Shown here: in pieces, positions 36,735 to 46,819 of the stretch
How positions within the stretch are numbered: position 1 is the stretch's first letter
Layout: each line of letters begins with the position of its first letter
Notes under the pieces: model-generated
Database searches by the model: none
What the model was told of the DNA's origin: nothing
Seen by the model: the letters and a program-made list of their open reading frames with translations, nothing else
Source: Erythrobacter sp.
GTDB lineage: Bacteria; Pseudomonadota; Alphaproteobacteria; Sphingomonadales; Sphingomonadaceae
DNA: 64,000 nt
Assembly: GCA_039972775.1 (NCBI GenBank)
Contig: JBDWMF010000011.1
Span: 102,851-166,850, forward strand
Reading direction: 5' to 3'
Program-made: the position numbers and the translations under genes

Positions 36735-37901
36735 TTAAGTGCAATCGCCGTCCATGGCTGCGACCCAATCTGCAATTAGCGCAGCGCCTTCTTTGTGAAC
36801 AGTAGTGCGGCCAATTTCTGGCATCATCTTGTCCGCCTCGTCCGATTGCATTCTGTAGACAAGGATAGAGTCGTCTGGATGCCCTGGTCTAATTCCCCAA
36901 CGGCGATTTCCCGTTCCGGCGCCCGCTGCAATAGGCAGCTTGCATTTACCCAAAGCGGCTCCGCTGGCATCCGGCTCCAACGACAATCCAGAAGTATCGG
37001 CAGGGCCAACCGGGCTGTGGCAATGCGAACAATTTATATCGAGGTAAGCGCGCGCGCGCAGGTCAAGCGGTGCCTTTACATCGGTCCAATTGGCGTTCTT
37101 AGGCGCGGCGGTTAGATCATCGGGCGCACCCTTTAGGAAACCTGCATCCGTCAGATTACTTATCTGATTTTGCGTGCCAGCCTTATAGACAAAATCACGG
37201 TTCAGATGCCGCGCCTTTGGACCGATAGGATGGATAGCATCCTCATTGGAATTGGTCGCATGGCAGCTGGCGCATTCATTCACATTGGGCATCACATAGT
37301 TGAAATCTGCGGCGCCTTCATCACTGACCATGCTGAGCGGAATGATCCCGCCAATCCGATTGAGACTGGCCTCGGTCTGCGCATCATTCCAACGGTAGGG
37401 AATAACTTCCCACCCTGCATCGCGCCGAACAAGCACACGCGTTTCGATCAGGCGAATGTTATCAAGCCGCAGCGTGTCTCCAGCGAAAAAATCGTTCGAC
37501 GTATCACGCAAAACTTCGCCTTCATCTGCACCTTCTGCCGTGGGGTAATAAAAGGTCTTGGTGATTACAGTACCAACCGGAAAATCGAGCACCTCGCCTT
37601 CCGTGTATTGAGCAGCAGTGCCACCAGGCATCCAGATCGTGCGTAATTTGTGAGCATAGTCGGTGAAAAGCGGCGTGTTAAGGTCATAAGGCTGTACAGC
37701 CTCGCCCAGCACAAGCGCACTGCCAATATGCTGCAATTGGCCCCATTCAGCGAGCGTTTCCGGGTTGCCTTGCGCGATGAAATTGGGCGCGACCTGCGGG
37801 CCCATTGTCACCGCTTCATCAGCAGGGTCATCCGTCTCTACAGAGCAGCCCATCAGCGCCAAAGCGCCTGCAACCAAAGTCAGAAACGCGCCGCGCATCA
37901 T
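36735..37901 (-). CDS. dihaem c-type cytochrome lipoprotein (uncharacterised family)
   Basis: It has the lipobox ALMGC and two CxxCH motifs, CASCH and CSHCH. Its start codon abuts the stop of the upstream beta-helix gene. Confidence 0.75.
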   Translation of the reverse strand: MMRGAFLTLVAGALALMGCSVETDDPADEAVTMGPQVAPNFIAQGNPETLAEWGQLQHIGSALVLGEAVQPYDLNTPLFTDYAHKLRTIWMPGGTAAQYTEGEVLDFPVGTVITKTFYYPTAEGADEGEVLRDTSNDFFAGDTLRLDNIRLIETRVLVRRDAGWEVIPYRWNDAQTEASLNRIGGIIPLSMVSDEGAADFNYVMPNVNECASCHATNSNEDAIHPIGPKARHLNRDFVYKAGTQNQISNLTDAGFLKGAPDDLTAAPKNANWTDVKAPLDLRARAYLDINCSHCHSPVGPADTSGLSLEPDASGAALGKCKLPIAAGAGTGNRRWGIRPGHPDDSILVYRMQSDEADKMMPEIGRTTVHKEGAALIADWVAAMDGDCT

Positions 37902-39191
37902 TTAGCCTTTGGTGTCGGCCAAGGCGAAACTTACCGGAGCGCGCGGGGTCAGTTTGCAGCGATACAATTCACTTTCTACGCGCGGGTTTTCATTACCGCC
38001 CGGCATATCGGCATTGAGCACATCAACGCCTTCATCGCTGACGCAAATTCGCAAGGCATCAGGCAGTTTGCCCCCGACCTTTTTCTCATCATCCACATAG
38101 CCATCGAACAAGACATCTGGGATTGCGCCATTCATGCCGAACAGCAGGGTCTTGAGTGCTTTCAGTTCCAACCCATCAGGCGAAGTCCCCCCGCCGCTAA
38201 ACGTATTTTCGTAAACCCAAATCCCCTCTGGGTAGGGATCAAAACTGGCTGACTGTTCCTCATCTGCATAACCTGCAGAAAACAGGCTGGAGATGATCAC
38301 GTTGGCGGTGTTGTTATCGGCCACACGATTGCCGAAAATCTCTACATCATCATTGGAATTCACGATGATGCCCGTGCCTGCTGGAACGCTAGCAACGGGT
38401 GTTCCTTCATGGCCGAAATTCTCGGTATTGTTTTCATTGATGTCATTGTCAAAAATGCGCGTGCCCGCTCCACGCTGTTCAAGCTGAGGCATGTTGAACA
38501 CTAGGATACCGCCCGTGTTGTTGGTCGCGGTGTTACCGTACACATCAGCATCAACACTGTTCTCGATCTCAATCCCAGCAACATTATATTCCGCGCGATT
38601 GTTGCGCACGATAATGTTCTTAGACTGACCAACATAAATGCCCGCATCAGAGGCGCCGATTGCGATGCTGTCTTCGATCAGCACATTCTCCGTTTGAACA
38701 GGATAGAGGCCATAGGCGCCATTGTCAGTGGAATAGCCGCCAGTCCATTCGACCCGCACGCCTTTAATTGCGATATTGGTGCCTCCGTTGACCTTGAGCC
38801 CGTCTCCAGTGGTGTCTTCGATTGCGAGATTTTCCAATGTGAAATCGCTGGCAGTGACCAGCATACCTTCCGCGCCGACTTTCTGATTTTGCCAATTGAG
38901 GATCGTCTTATCATGCCCTTCGCCCCGGATTGTCACGCCGTCCACATTCAGAGTGAGCGAGCGGTCGAGGGCATAAACGCCCGCGGGAATAGTGATGACA
39001 TCGCCCGGCTTTGCATCGATCAATTGTTCTTGCAAAGTGGTCTGATATTCGCTGTTCGCCTCGGTCAAATCGCGCGGGCCTTCGTTAGCCGGCTGAGAGG
39101 TGCCCCCGCAGGATGTCAATGCAAGTGACATTAGCCCTGCGAAAACTGCACCCTTCCACTTAATCCCAGCCATCTCGCGTCTCCCCTGCAT
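37902..39191 (-). CDS. parallel beta-helix repeat lipoprotein (uncharacterised family)
   Basis: It has the lipobox LALTSC. Repeated ...N.I.DN.. / G(I/L)Y(V/P) turns (IEDSIAIGASDAGIYVGQSKNIIVRNNRAEYNVAGIEIENS...) are typical of right-handed beta-helices. Confidence 0.75.
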   Translation of the reverse strand: MQGRREMAGIKWKGAVFAGLMSLALTSCGGTSQPANEGPRDLTEANSEYQTTLQEQLIDAKPGDVITIPAGVYALDRSLTLNVDGVTIRGEGHDKTILNWQNQKVGAEGMLVTASDFTLENLAIEDTTGDGLKVNGGTNIAIKGVRVEWTGGYSTDNGAYGLYPVQTENVLIEDSIAIGASDAGIYVGQSKNIIVRNNRAEYNVAGIEIENSVDADVYGNTATNNTGGILVFNMPQLEQRGAGTRIFDNDINENNTENFGHEGTPVASVPAGTGIIVNSNDDVEIFGNRVADNNTANVIISSLFSAGYADEEQSASFDPYPEGIWVYENTFSGGGTSPDGLELKALKTLLFGMNGAIPDVLFDGYVDDEKKVGGKLPDALRICVSDEGVDVLNADMPGGNENPRVESELYRCKLTPRAPVSFALADTKG

Positions 39192-39360
39192 ATTCAGTAG
39201 CGTATTAAAACCGGAGCTTGGCAGAGGGCGCGTTTAAGCTCAACCGGCAATGCAGTTTTAAGACGGCTTTTGAGGTGAGACGATCTCTTGCAGCTCCCCA
39301 TTAAGCGTTGCTCAAACTCGCCCGCAAACCGGCACGCACGCTGGGCATTGGACACGACAG

Positions 39361-39907
39361 GGAGTGCTGTCAGACTAATCACGGGCTTGTCTCCGATTGG
39401 CGCAAGATACCCTTTCCCAGAACTGGTTCAAACCACGGGATTTTGCCACTTAGTCAGTGCTACTGAGCGAGCGCTCTTGTAAGATTGGCAGTCAGATAGG
39501 TGGCGTTCTGAATTGAAGTGATTGTCGACGTTGGCATGGAGATATGTGAACTTCTGTAGTGATTTCATCCGCCGGAACCGCTGGATGACACACTCTTTTC
39601 TTCGGAACGGCAGATTGCTAAGTTCGCGCATGGCAGCTGGGTACGATTTGAGGCCGTCGGTCCAAAGCGATTCCACCACATCCGAACCGTCTCGTGACAG
39701 ATGTCGATGCCACATTCGGTCAGCAGATCCTCGACGTTTCGGAGCGAACGAGGAAAACGAAAATACAACATCACGGCCAAGCGGATCACTTCGGGCGAAG
39801 AGTTGAAATAACGAAACGGACTGGCTGGTTTGCGGGGTCTGGGCATGCGCCCTGCCCTAGCCTCATCCTCTTATCCGTCAGTTAGGTGCATTGGCTCTGA
39901 CAGTGCC
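39361..39907 (-). mobile_element. decayed IS6-family copy (internal deletions, frameshifted transposase)
   Basis: The left end ..GTGCTGTCAGACTAATC...GTCTCCGATTGGCGCA matches the intact IS. The ORF pieces 39565-39846 (…FRYFNSSPEVIRLAVMLYFRFPRSLRNVEDLL…) and 39428-39715 (…GLKSYPAAMRELSNLPFRRKECVIQRFRRMKSLQKF…) lie in different frames. The right end is CATTGGCTCTGACAGTGCC. Confidence 0.8.
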
Positions 39908-39950
39908 CTTTGCGATTACTATCATGGCACTCACAAGGGAACGATATCCT

Positions 39951-41057
39951 TCACTCCTGAGGCGCGCTACTTTCTCCCAAAATCAACTTTGAGAATGTCG
40001 CTTGAGCAAAGTCACCATTGGCTTTGTCAGTTGGCCAATCGCCCGTTCCGGCACATGCTGCTGCCCAAAAACTGCCATCGCTTTTCGTACTACACTGATT
40101 GTAAATGCCAGCCTTGAAATACAATGAGTCCCCGCCATAGCCATAGCGATTATCAAGGGCATCGAATGGACTGCCTGAGCCAGCATTGTTTACCAAACTC
40201 AGCGATTGATTGACTGTCCCCAGTCGCTCGCTGTGAAATGTAAGATGCATGGTATTTCGGTAAACATTGATCGTGTAGCCAAACTCTTCACCCAGAGGAA
40301 TGCCAGCGGTACCGGGATCGCTAGGATCGGACCAAACATTGCCCCAAACTGGGTAAGCGATATCAGTTCGATTGGGATCATTTTTCGCCAAATTGCGTTC
40401 ATAGGTCCAAAAAACTGATCCCATCTTGTGATCTGGAAACTTTTTGAAGAAAATCTTTATCGGCTCGTTTCCATAGCCAAACCCGCTTTGAGTATTGTCA
40501 TATTTAACGGCATGAATCTGACCGATAACTGCGGAATAAGCGGGCTTGCTGTTGGGATTAGCAGAATTTCGTGCAACGTGATCAACCCGCAGAACTGCTT
40601 CCAACTTCCCACCAATGGCAGCAAATTTGTCAGAGTCTTTACGCGCTTGAAGAGCAAAATTATTGCCAGCTCCATGCGTCTTTATCCGAGTGTTTTTGCC
40701 GCGCAGCATTTGCCGCAATTCACTGCGCGTGTTGGAAGAATTCTTGCTAGTCTTCGCCTTATTCGGCGCGACAAAGACCATACCTCCTTCAGAGTTCAGA
40801 TAGAAATAGTCGGGATGCAAATATTGCGAAATTGCATTGACGCCGACTTCGTCGACCTTTCCATCTTGGTTGTCATCAAGAGGAAGCGTGATCTTCCAAT
40901 TGCTTAAATCAAACTGACTGCCCGGCGGCGCTGATGACGCTGGAACTGATGTGTCAGGAGCGGCAGTGGCAACCCCGGTGCATCCGCAAAGCACAAGCGC
41001 TGAAGCAGCCACAATTTTGCGTAAACTCGAACGGAATGAGTGTGAGCGTAGAGCCAT
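39951..41057 (-). CDS. PL7-family alginate lyase (secreted)
   Basis: It has a signal peptide and the PL7 signature blocks RSELRQML, VIGQIHAV and LYFKAGIYNQ. Confidence 0.85.
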   Translation of the reverse strand: MALRSHSFRSSLRKIVAASALVLCGCTGVATAAPDTSVPASSAPPGSQFDLSNWKITLPLDDNQDGKVDEVGVNAISQYLHPDYFYLNSEGGMVFVAPNKAKTSKNSSNTRSELRQMLRGKNTRIKTHGAGNNFALQARKDSDKFAAIGGKLEAVLRVDHVARNSANPNSKPAYSAVIGQIHAVKYDNTQSGFGYGNEPIKIFFKKFPDHKMGSVFWTYERNLAKNDPNRTDIAYPVWGNVWSDPSDPGTAGIPLGEEFGYTINVYRNTMHLTFHSERLGTVNQSLSLVNNAGSGSPFDALDNRYGYGGDSLYFKAGIYNQCSTKSDGSFWAAACAGTGDWPTDKANGDFAQATFSKLILGESSAPQE

Positions 41058-42089
41058 CTATCTGACCACGCGGCCCGAGCCATCGCCGGACATTAGTTTT
41101 TCAACTTCTGGCACGGTGACCCGGTTGAAATCGCCAAGGATAGAGTGCTTCAAGCAACTGGCCGCAACTGCAAACTCCAATGATTGCTGACGATCTTCAT
41201 AGGCGTTCAGTCCATAGATCAAAGCAGAGGCAAAGCTATCTCCGCCGCCGACACGGTCGACAATGTCAGTCATTTCAAACCTGCGCGACAGTTTGAAACC
41301 GCCGTCACGGGTCCGCAAACAAGCCGACCAATTGTTGCGGTCTGCACTCATGCTTTCACGCAGAGTGATCGCAATCGTGTGCATATCGGGATAAATATCG
41401 AGCACCTTTTGCGAAAGCGCTTCATATTTGGCTGTATCCAGCTCACCAGATTCCACATCAACATCCACACTAATGTCGAGAGACTTTTGGCAGTCCTCTT
41501 CATTCGCAATGCCAACATCGACATATTTGACCAGCTCGCGCATTACCTCAGGCGCTGTTTTGCCATATTTCCACAATTTACCGCGGAAGTTGAAATCGCA
41601 AGACACCGTCACACCTGCCGCCTTGGCCGCTTTTACACATTCAAGGGAAAGGTCCGCTGCCGATTGGCTGAGCGCCGGCGTAATGCCGGTAATGTGCAGC
41701 CATTTGGCGCCGTCAAAGATCGCATCCCAATCAAAGTCACCCGGCCCAGCCTGACAGATCGACGACCGGTCGCGGTCATACACTACCTTAGAAGGACGCT
41801 GGTTTGCGCCTGTTTCCAAGAAGTAGATGCCGACCCGGTCGCCGCTGCGTTTCACATGGGCGGTATCCACGCCAAAGCTGCGAAGTTCGCGAATGGCCGC
41901 ATCGCCAATATCATTATCCGGCAACGCCGAGACAAAGCCTGCATTGAAGCCGTAATTGGCCAACGCAACAGCGACATTCGCCTCGCCCCCGCCAAAGGTG
42001 GCTTCGAATGCAGGGGATTGGAAAAAGCGCTCATGACCCGGTGTTTTCAGCCGCAGCATGATTTCACCAAACGAAAGGAAGTCAGTCAT
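41058..42089 (-). CDS. kdgK: 2-dehydro-3-deoxygluconokinase (PfkB family)
   Basis: 343 aa. FGEIMLRL...[12 protein letters not shown] and the C-terminal ...[16 protein letters not shown] are typical of KdgK and PfkB kinases. Confidence 0.9.
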   Translation of the reverse strand: MTDFLSFGEIMLRLKTPGHERFFQSPAFEATFGGGEANVAVALANYGFNAGFVSALPDNDIGDAAIRELRSFGVDTAHVKRSGDRVGIYFLETGANQRPSKVVYDRDRSSICQAGPGDFDWDAIFDGAKWLHITGITPALSQSAADLSLECVKAAKAAGVTVSCDFNFRGKLWKYGKTAPEVMRELVKYVDVGIANEEDCQKSLDISVDVDVESGELDTAKYEALSQKVLDIYPDMHTIAITLRESMSADRNNWSACLRTRDGGFKLSRRFEMTDIVDRVGGGDSFASALIYGLNAYEDRQQSLEFAVAASCLKHSILGDFNRVTVPEVEKLMSGDGSGRVVR

Positions 42090-42128
42090 TGGGGAGGAGT
42101 TGTCCTGTGTTTGAGTTACGGCTGACGT

Positions 42129-42878
42129 TTATGAAAACGCGAGGCCGCCATTGATGTCGACGTTGGTGCCGGTGATGTAGGATGCTTCATCCGATGCAAG
42201 ATAGGCGACCAGATCAGCGGTTTCCTCAGCCTTGCCTTGACGTTTCAGGCAGGTGGAGTTTGCAACATTTTCGCGCACGGCATCAGGTGTAAACTCATCA
42301 TGGAAAGCGGTGGCAATCATGCCCGGGCACAGCGCATTGGCACGGATGCCCTTCGGACCAAGCTCTTTCGCCAGACCGCGTGTCATGGTCGATAGAGCGC
42401 CTTTCGACGTTGCATAGGCAATCGCCCCGCCGCCGCCGCCATCACGGCCAGCGAGCGATGCGATATTCACAATGGCGCCGCCTTCGCTCATGTGCGGGAC
42501 GGCTGCTTGAGTGACCATAAACGCCGATGTCACATTCAATTGCATGACATAGTTCCAAAACTCTTCATCCATTTCAGCAAGAGTTTTGCGCGCCACCAGG
42601 CCGCCGGCATTATTGACCAGCACATCGACACCGCCAAAGGCATCCGCTGCAGCCGCTACGAGAGCAGTTGCATCGGCTTGCTTGGTTACGTCAGCTTTTA
42701 CCGCAACAGCTTTGCCGCCGGCCGCTTCAACTGCAGCAACGGTTGCATCGGCATCGGCTTGATTGGAGTTGTAGTTCACAACAACATTCGCGCCTTCGCT
42801 GCCTAGCTTTACACAAATCGCGCGGCCAATATCGCGGCTACCGCCGGTTACGATTGCAGTTTTGCCTTCAAATTTCAT
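42129..42878 (-). CDS. SDR-family oxidoreductase, probable DEH (4-deoxy-L-erythro-5-hexoseulose uronate) reductase
   Basis: It has TGGSRDIGRA (the TGxxxGxG variant) and the YATSK catalytic motif. The function is inferred from its position between kdgK and the uronate transporter in an alginate locus. Confidence 0.75.
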   Translation of the reverse strand: MKFEGKTAIVTGGSRDIGRAICVKLGSEGANVVVNYNSNQADADATVAAVEAAGGKAVAVKADVTKQADATALVAAAADAFGGVDVLVNNAGGLVARKTLAEMDEEFWNYVMQLNVTSAFMVTQAAVPHMSEGGAIVNIASLAGRDGGGGGAIAYATSKGALSTMTRGLAKELGPKGIRANALCPGMIATAFHDEFTPDAVRENVANSTCLKRQGKAEETADLVAYLASDEASYITGTNVDINGGLAFS

Positions 42879-42933
42879 AGTCTAAGCCTTGTATTGAAAT
42901 GGTGTTTGAGTTGATGTGTTAAATGCTCGGCGG

Positions 42934-44235
42934 TTAAGCCGATTTGGGTTTGAGTGGTTTGATTTCTCCACACAGCAGCCACACTGCGGCGATTGCTGAA
43001 AGCGCAAGAAATGCTCCAAGGATGAAAACTGACACGTAGTTTGCGCCGACCGTCATAATCGGCACGAGATATGTCAACGCGGCTGCCGTTAGCTTCGCCG
43101 CCATTCCGGCAAACCCAGAAAGTGTACCCACAGTCTTTTTACCGTAGAGATCACTAGGCAGGGTCTGCACATTGCCAATCGCAGTTTGGAAACCAAACAG
43201 AATGGTGAACATCAGGAGCAAAGCAGCCCAAGGCGTTGACGCAACGGACAAGGCCAAAAGGGCAGGCAACATAATGAGGCAGCCAAGTGTGATCGTGAAC
43301 TTACGGGTGCTATTAACACTCCATCCAGCTTTGATGCGGTTTTGCGCAAGCAAGCCGCCGAACCATGCACCGAACATAGCCCCTACATAAGGCAACCACC
43401 CAGAAGCGACCAAATCTTTGACATTGAAGTTGTGGACTTCAAACAAATAGGTCGGGATCCAAACGATAAAGAGCCACCAAATTGGATCGATAGCGGCCGA
43501 AGCAATGATAACGCCCCAGCTTTCTTTGCGCGCGAGCAGCTCGCCGGTTGTTGGATTGTAACCATCATCTGAATCGCCATCAGCGTCGACAACTTCTTGA
43601 CCGGTAAGAATATACTCACGCTCTTCTTCAGACAGCCACTCATGCGACTGAGGTGGACCTTTTACGATAGCGAGCCATGGAACCAACCAAACCAGCCCTA
43701 CCAAACCAACGATAACGAATATGATTTTCCAATCAAAATACATCGCCATATAGCCGATTAGTGGGATCGAGATGATACCGCCAATAGCCGCACCTGAGTT
43801 GAAAATACCTTGCGCCAGAGCACGTTCCTTAGACGGGAACCACTCAGCATTCGCTTTCGCTGCACCAGGCCAGTTGCCTGCCTCGGCAATACCAAGAATT
43901 GACCGAAAAATGCTGAAGCTCAGCACCCCTTGCGCAAGTGCATGAGCAGCAGTTGCAAGTGACCAGACACCTATTGACAGCACAAAACCGAGCCGTGTGC
44001 CGATCCAGTCAAATATCTTGCCGAAAATCGCCTGACCTGCTGCATAGGAAAAAATGAAAACAGTCGACACGATGCCAAGAATGTACTTGTGACCATCAGC
44101 ATCCATCTCTGGAAACAGATCTGGCGCAATGTGGGCGGGCCACAAGACGTTGATTGTTTGGCGGTCGATGTAATTGATAATTGTCGCCAAGGCGACAAGT
44201 CCAACCACCCACCAACGCAGTCCTTGCATTTTCAT
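42934..44235 (-). CDS. MFS transporter (hexuronate/ExuT-like)
   Basis: It has about 12 transmembrane segments, and ...INYIDRQTINVLWP... is typical of the anion:cation symporter subfamily. I chose the start MKMQGLRWW just after the kdgF stop. The ORF track begins at 44250. Confidence 0.85.
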   Translation of the reverse strand: MKMQGLRWWVVGLVALATIINYIDRQTINVLWPAHIAPDLFPEMDADGHKYILGIVSTVFIFSYAAGQAIFGKIFDWIGTRLGFVLSIGVWSLATAAHALAQGVLSFSIFRSILGIAEAGNWPGAAKANAEWFPSKERALAQGIFNSGAAIGGIISIPLIGYMAMYFDWKIIFVIVGLVGLVWLVPWLAIVKGPPQSHEWLSEEEREYILTGQEVVDADGDSDDGYNPTTGELLARKESWGVIIASAAIDPIWWLFIVWIPTYLFEVHNFNVKDLVASGWLPYVGAMFGAWFGGLLAQNRIKAGWSVNSTRKFTITLGCLIMLPALLALSVASTPWAALLLMFTILFGFQTAIGNVQTLPSDLYGKKTVGTLSGFAGMAAKLTAAALTYLVPIMTVGANYVSVFILGAFLALSAIAAVWLLCGEIKPLKPKSA

Positions 44236-44236
44236 T

Positions 44237-44599
44237 CTAGTTCCCCTCACTCAGAAAGTCTTCGCGCACAGGGCTGAAAGTGTCGAGCAATGAGCCCGCT
44301 TCCAAACACACTGATCCGTGAGGCAAATTGGGCGCCATATATGTGCTGTCACCAGCCCCAAGCACTTTCTTTGTCCCATCAATGAAGACTTCGAATTTTC
44401 CGCTTTCAATATAAGTCGCTTGGCTGTGAGGATGCGAATGAACATCGCCCACTGATCCCTTTTCAAACCAAACGCGCACAATCATAATCTCTGGGCCGTA
44501 ACCCAAAATCTGGCGCGAGATCCCTCCCCCAAGATCTTCTTTTTCCGTGTTCGCTGCCTCAACAAAAGCTGGGCTGGATGGGCTAACCAAGGTGGCCAT
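44237..44599 (-). CDS. kdgF: cupin-domain protein KdgF (unsaturated uronate linearisation)
   Basis: 120 aa. The cupin motifs ...GDVHSHPHSQATYIESG... and ...MAPNLPHG are present. It lies between PL17 and the transporter, as in known alginate and pectin loci. Confidence 0.8.
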   Translation of the reverse strand: MATLVSPSSPAFVEAANTEKEDLGGGISRQILGYGPEIMIVRVWFEKGSVGDVHSHPHSQATYIESGKFEVFIDGTKKVLGAGDSTYMAPNLPHGSVCLEAGSLLDTFSPVREDFLSEGN

Positions 44600-46819
44600 T
44601 TACATCTCTCCTGCGGATTGAACGACAGCCATAAAGCCCGTCCAACTTACATCTTTTCCGCGAAATTCGACAGTATGCTTTTTGTTCGCATCCTGGTCGT
44701 AAGATATCGCCAAAGTTGCAGTTTTACCGCCAAGCGTCGTAATTTCTACCAGATCATATTGCCCCAACTGTTGATGCTTGAGGCTAGCGATTTGACTATT
44801 GCTTTCAATCGTCTGCTCTGTCGCACCATCGTATAACCCGTGACTTTCCAACGCGCTAACAAAGGTGCCTTCACCGCCGCTTTGCATTCGCTGGATAATG
44901 ATCGGCTGACGGCGCAAGTTGAAATTGGGATCATTCGCGCCGCTTTCCGCTAGTATCACTTCCATCCCATCTTGGGCAGCAAATCGGTATGTATAGAACC
45001 GCCCATCAAGCAGAATGGTTAGGAAGCTCTTATCACCTTCAGGCTGACCAACCGCATCAACCCAAATGTGCTGATATCCATTGTCATTGCCGAGCACGGG
45101 GCGCGAAGTGACGCTCTTATCCGTGTCAAATCCGACCTGCATGATATGACCATTGTAATGCAGCGGCAGATCAAGCTGATGGCTCCCGTCGCCATTCCCG
45201 CCCTCTGCGCGCAGCACGTCAAGAATAACGGGCGAATCCAGCCCTTCGACGTCAACCATCGCCAACGTGCGGGTGAAGGCGATGCCTGCGTCAGGATAGG
45301 CAGTCGTGATCGCGGCAGTCGTTGCCTGAAGTCCGTCTTTATCGGAGAAATATAGTTGCTGAGGCGCGTGTTGGTCCGCCAACTTCACATCGCCGCCAAA
45401 GTGGCTTTGCTCGTTCACAACCAGCGTGTTGTGCGCAATGGTCTGTTTCGCCCAAGTCTCGTTCTCTGGCAGGTAACGCCCGCCTTCTTTCGCCTCAATA
45501 TTGAGGAAACGCGCCGCACCATAGTCGCGCACCACTTCATTGCCGTTGTCGTAAAGCTGCCAGCTCAATTTATCGAAATGGCCGTGGCCAAAACCTTGGC
45601 TGGCATTTTTCGCTACCAGCGCCGTGTGATCGAGGCCTTCATCCTCGCCCTCGCGCAGGACTGCGATTGCGCCTGCATTGCCTTCTGGCCCATCGGATAA
45701 GAGAACAGAGCGGAAATCAAACGGTTTGGCTTTGCCAGCCGCCAGATCGCGTGTCAGCTCTAGCCCGCTTGGGCGTAGAACGGTACGCCCCTGAAATTCT
45801 GCTATGGAAAGCAAGCCAGGGTCCTTCGTCTGGCCATAAGCAATCGCCACGCCTTCATAAAGCTCAGCGGTGTTCAGGCTTTTATCTTTTATCGCATCGT
45901 TAAACGGAAAAAACAGGCCGCCATAGGTCAGCTGGATCGTGGTGTTGATTGCCTTCAACAAAATTCCATCGCGGTGCTGGAATATCTTACGCTCAGGCTC
46001 ATTGCGCTCAATCGCATCACCAAAAACGATGAAAGGCAGCATAGCAAAGCGCTGATAATATGGCCCTTCGGTGTAATAACCATCGGGCGAAAACAGCAAT
46101 TCAGTTTGGCGGATAAAGCCGGCCTTACCTGACTTGTCCGACCCCAAAAGCGCGCGGTCGACCATATCCTGATCGCCTAGCAAATAGCCCGTCATACCGA
46201 CGCCCGCCGTTGCCCAAGTGGCGTGATTATGGATCTTGTTGAAAGTCGCCTTGCTATCAACCGAAAGGAACTTCGCCGCAGGTCGAAACACATTATTGTC
46301 AATGTTTTCGCGTTCTGCGACCGGCAGAGTATCGCGGATCGCTTCATAGGCTTGCACCGTGTGAACCAACCACATCGCATCGTTCAAAACCTGCCAAAAC
46401 AGCCGCCCAACATTCTGGTTAGCCTTGGCTGGATGATCGCCCAGTGTTGGGTACATTTCGGCATATTCGAGCAACATAGCGCGGATGTATTCGCGGTACT
46501 GTGCCTCGCCTGTAATCTGGAACAATTGGCCAGCCAAATACATGGCGCGGAAATTGCGTTTGTGCTGCTCGTGAGTGTAACCACCGCCTGGATCTTTAGG
46601 TTGAGGAACCACTGGTCCCGCAGCAATCATGCCATCAACAAAGGTACGGGCGCGCGCCATTTCACTTGCATAGAGCGGCGGCAAATCAGTCTTTGCCGTC
46701 ATAGAGCCGGCCTGAACGCTTGCGCTCGGCACAACGCTAGAAGGCGCAGCATTAGCCGCAGGAATAGCAAGACCAAGCGCAACTGCCGCGCCGGTTACGA
46801 TTGTGACAGAACGCTTCAT
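44600..46819 (-). CDS. PL17-type oligoalginate lyase (alginate-lyase domain plus heparinase II/III-like domain)
   Basis: 739 aa with a signal peptide. ...GGGYTHEQHKRNF... and a C-terminal heparinase II/III-like region (...HGHFDKLSW...HNTLVVNEQSH...) are present. The size is typical of PL17. Confidence 0.8.
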   Translation of the reverse strand: MKRSVTIVTGAAVALGLAIPAANAAPSSVVPSASVQAGSMTAKTDLPPLYASEMARARTFVDGMIAAGPVVPQPKDPGGGYTHEQHKRNFRAMYLAGQLFQITGEAQYREYIRAMLLEYAEMYPTLGDHPAKANQNVGRLFWQVLNDAMWLVHTVQAYEAIRDTLPVAERENIDNNVFRPAAKFLSVDSKATFNKIHNHATWATAGVGMTGYLLGDQDMVDRALLGSDKSGKAGFIRQTELLFSPDGYYTEGPYYQRFAMLPFIVFGDAIERNEPERKIFQHRDGILLKAINTTIQLTYGGLFFPFNDAIKDKSLNTAELYEGVAIAYGQTKDPGLLSIAEFQGRTVLRPSGLELTRDLAAGKAKPFDFRSVLLSDGPEGNAGAIAVLREGEDEGLDHTALVAKNASQGFGHGHFDKLSWQLYDNGNEVVRDYGAARFLNIEAKEGGRYLPENETWAKQTIAHNTLVVNEQSHFGGDVKLADQHAPQQLYFSDKDGLQATTAAITTAYPDAGIAFTRTLAMVDVEGLDSPVILDVLRAEGGNGDGSHQLDLPLHYNGHIMQVGFDTDKSVTSRPVLGNDNGYQHIWVDAVGQPEGDKSFLTILLDGRFYTYRFAAQDGMEVILAESGANDPNFNLRRQPIIIQRMQSGGEGTFVSALESHGLYDGATEQTIESNSQIASLKHQQLGQYDLVEITTLGGKTATLAISYDQDANKKHTVEFRGKDVSWTGFMAVVQSAGEM

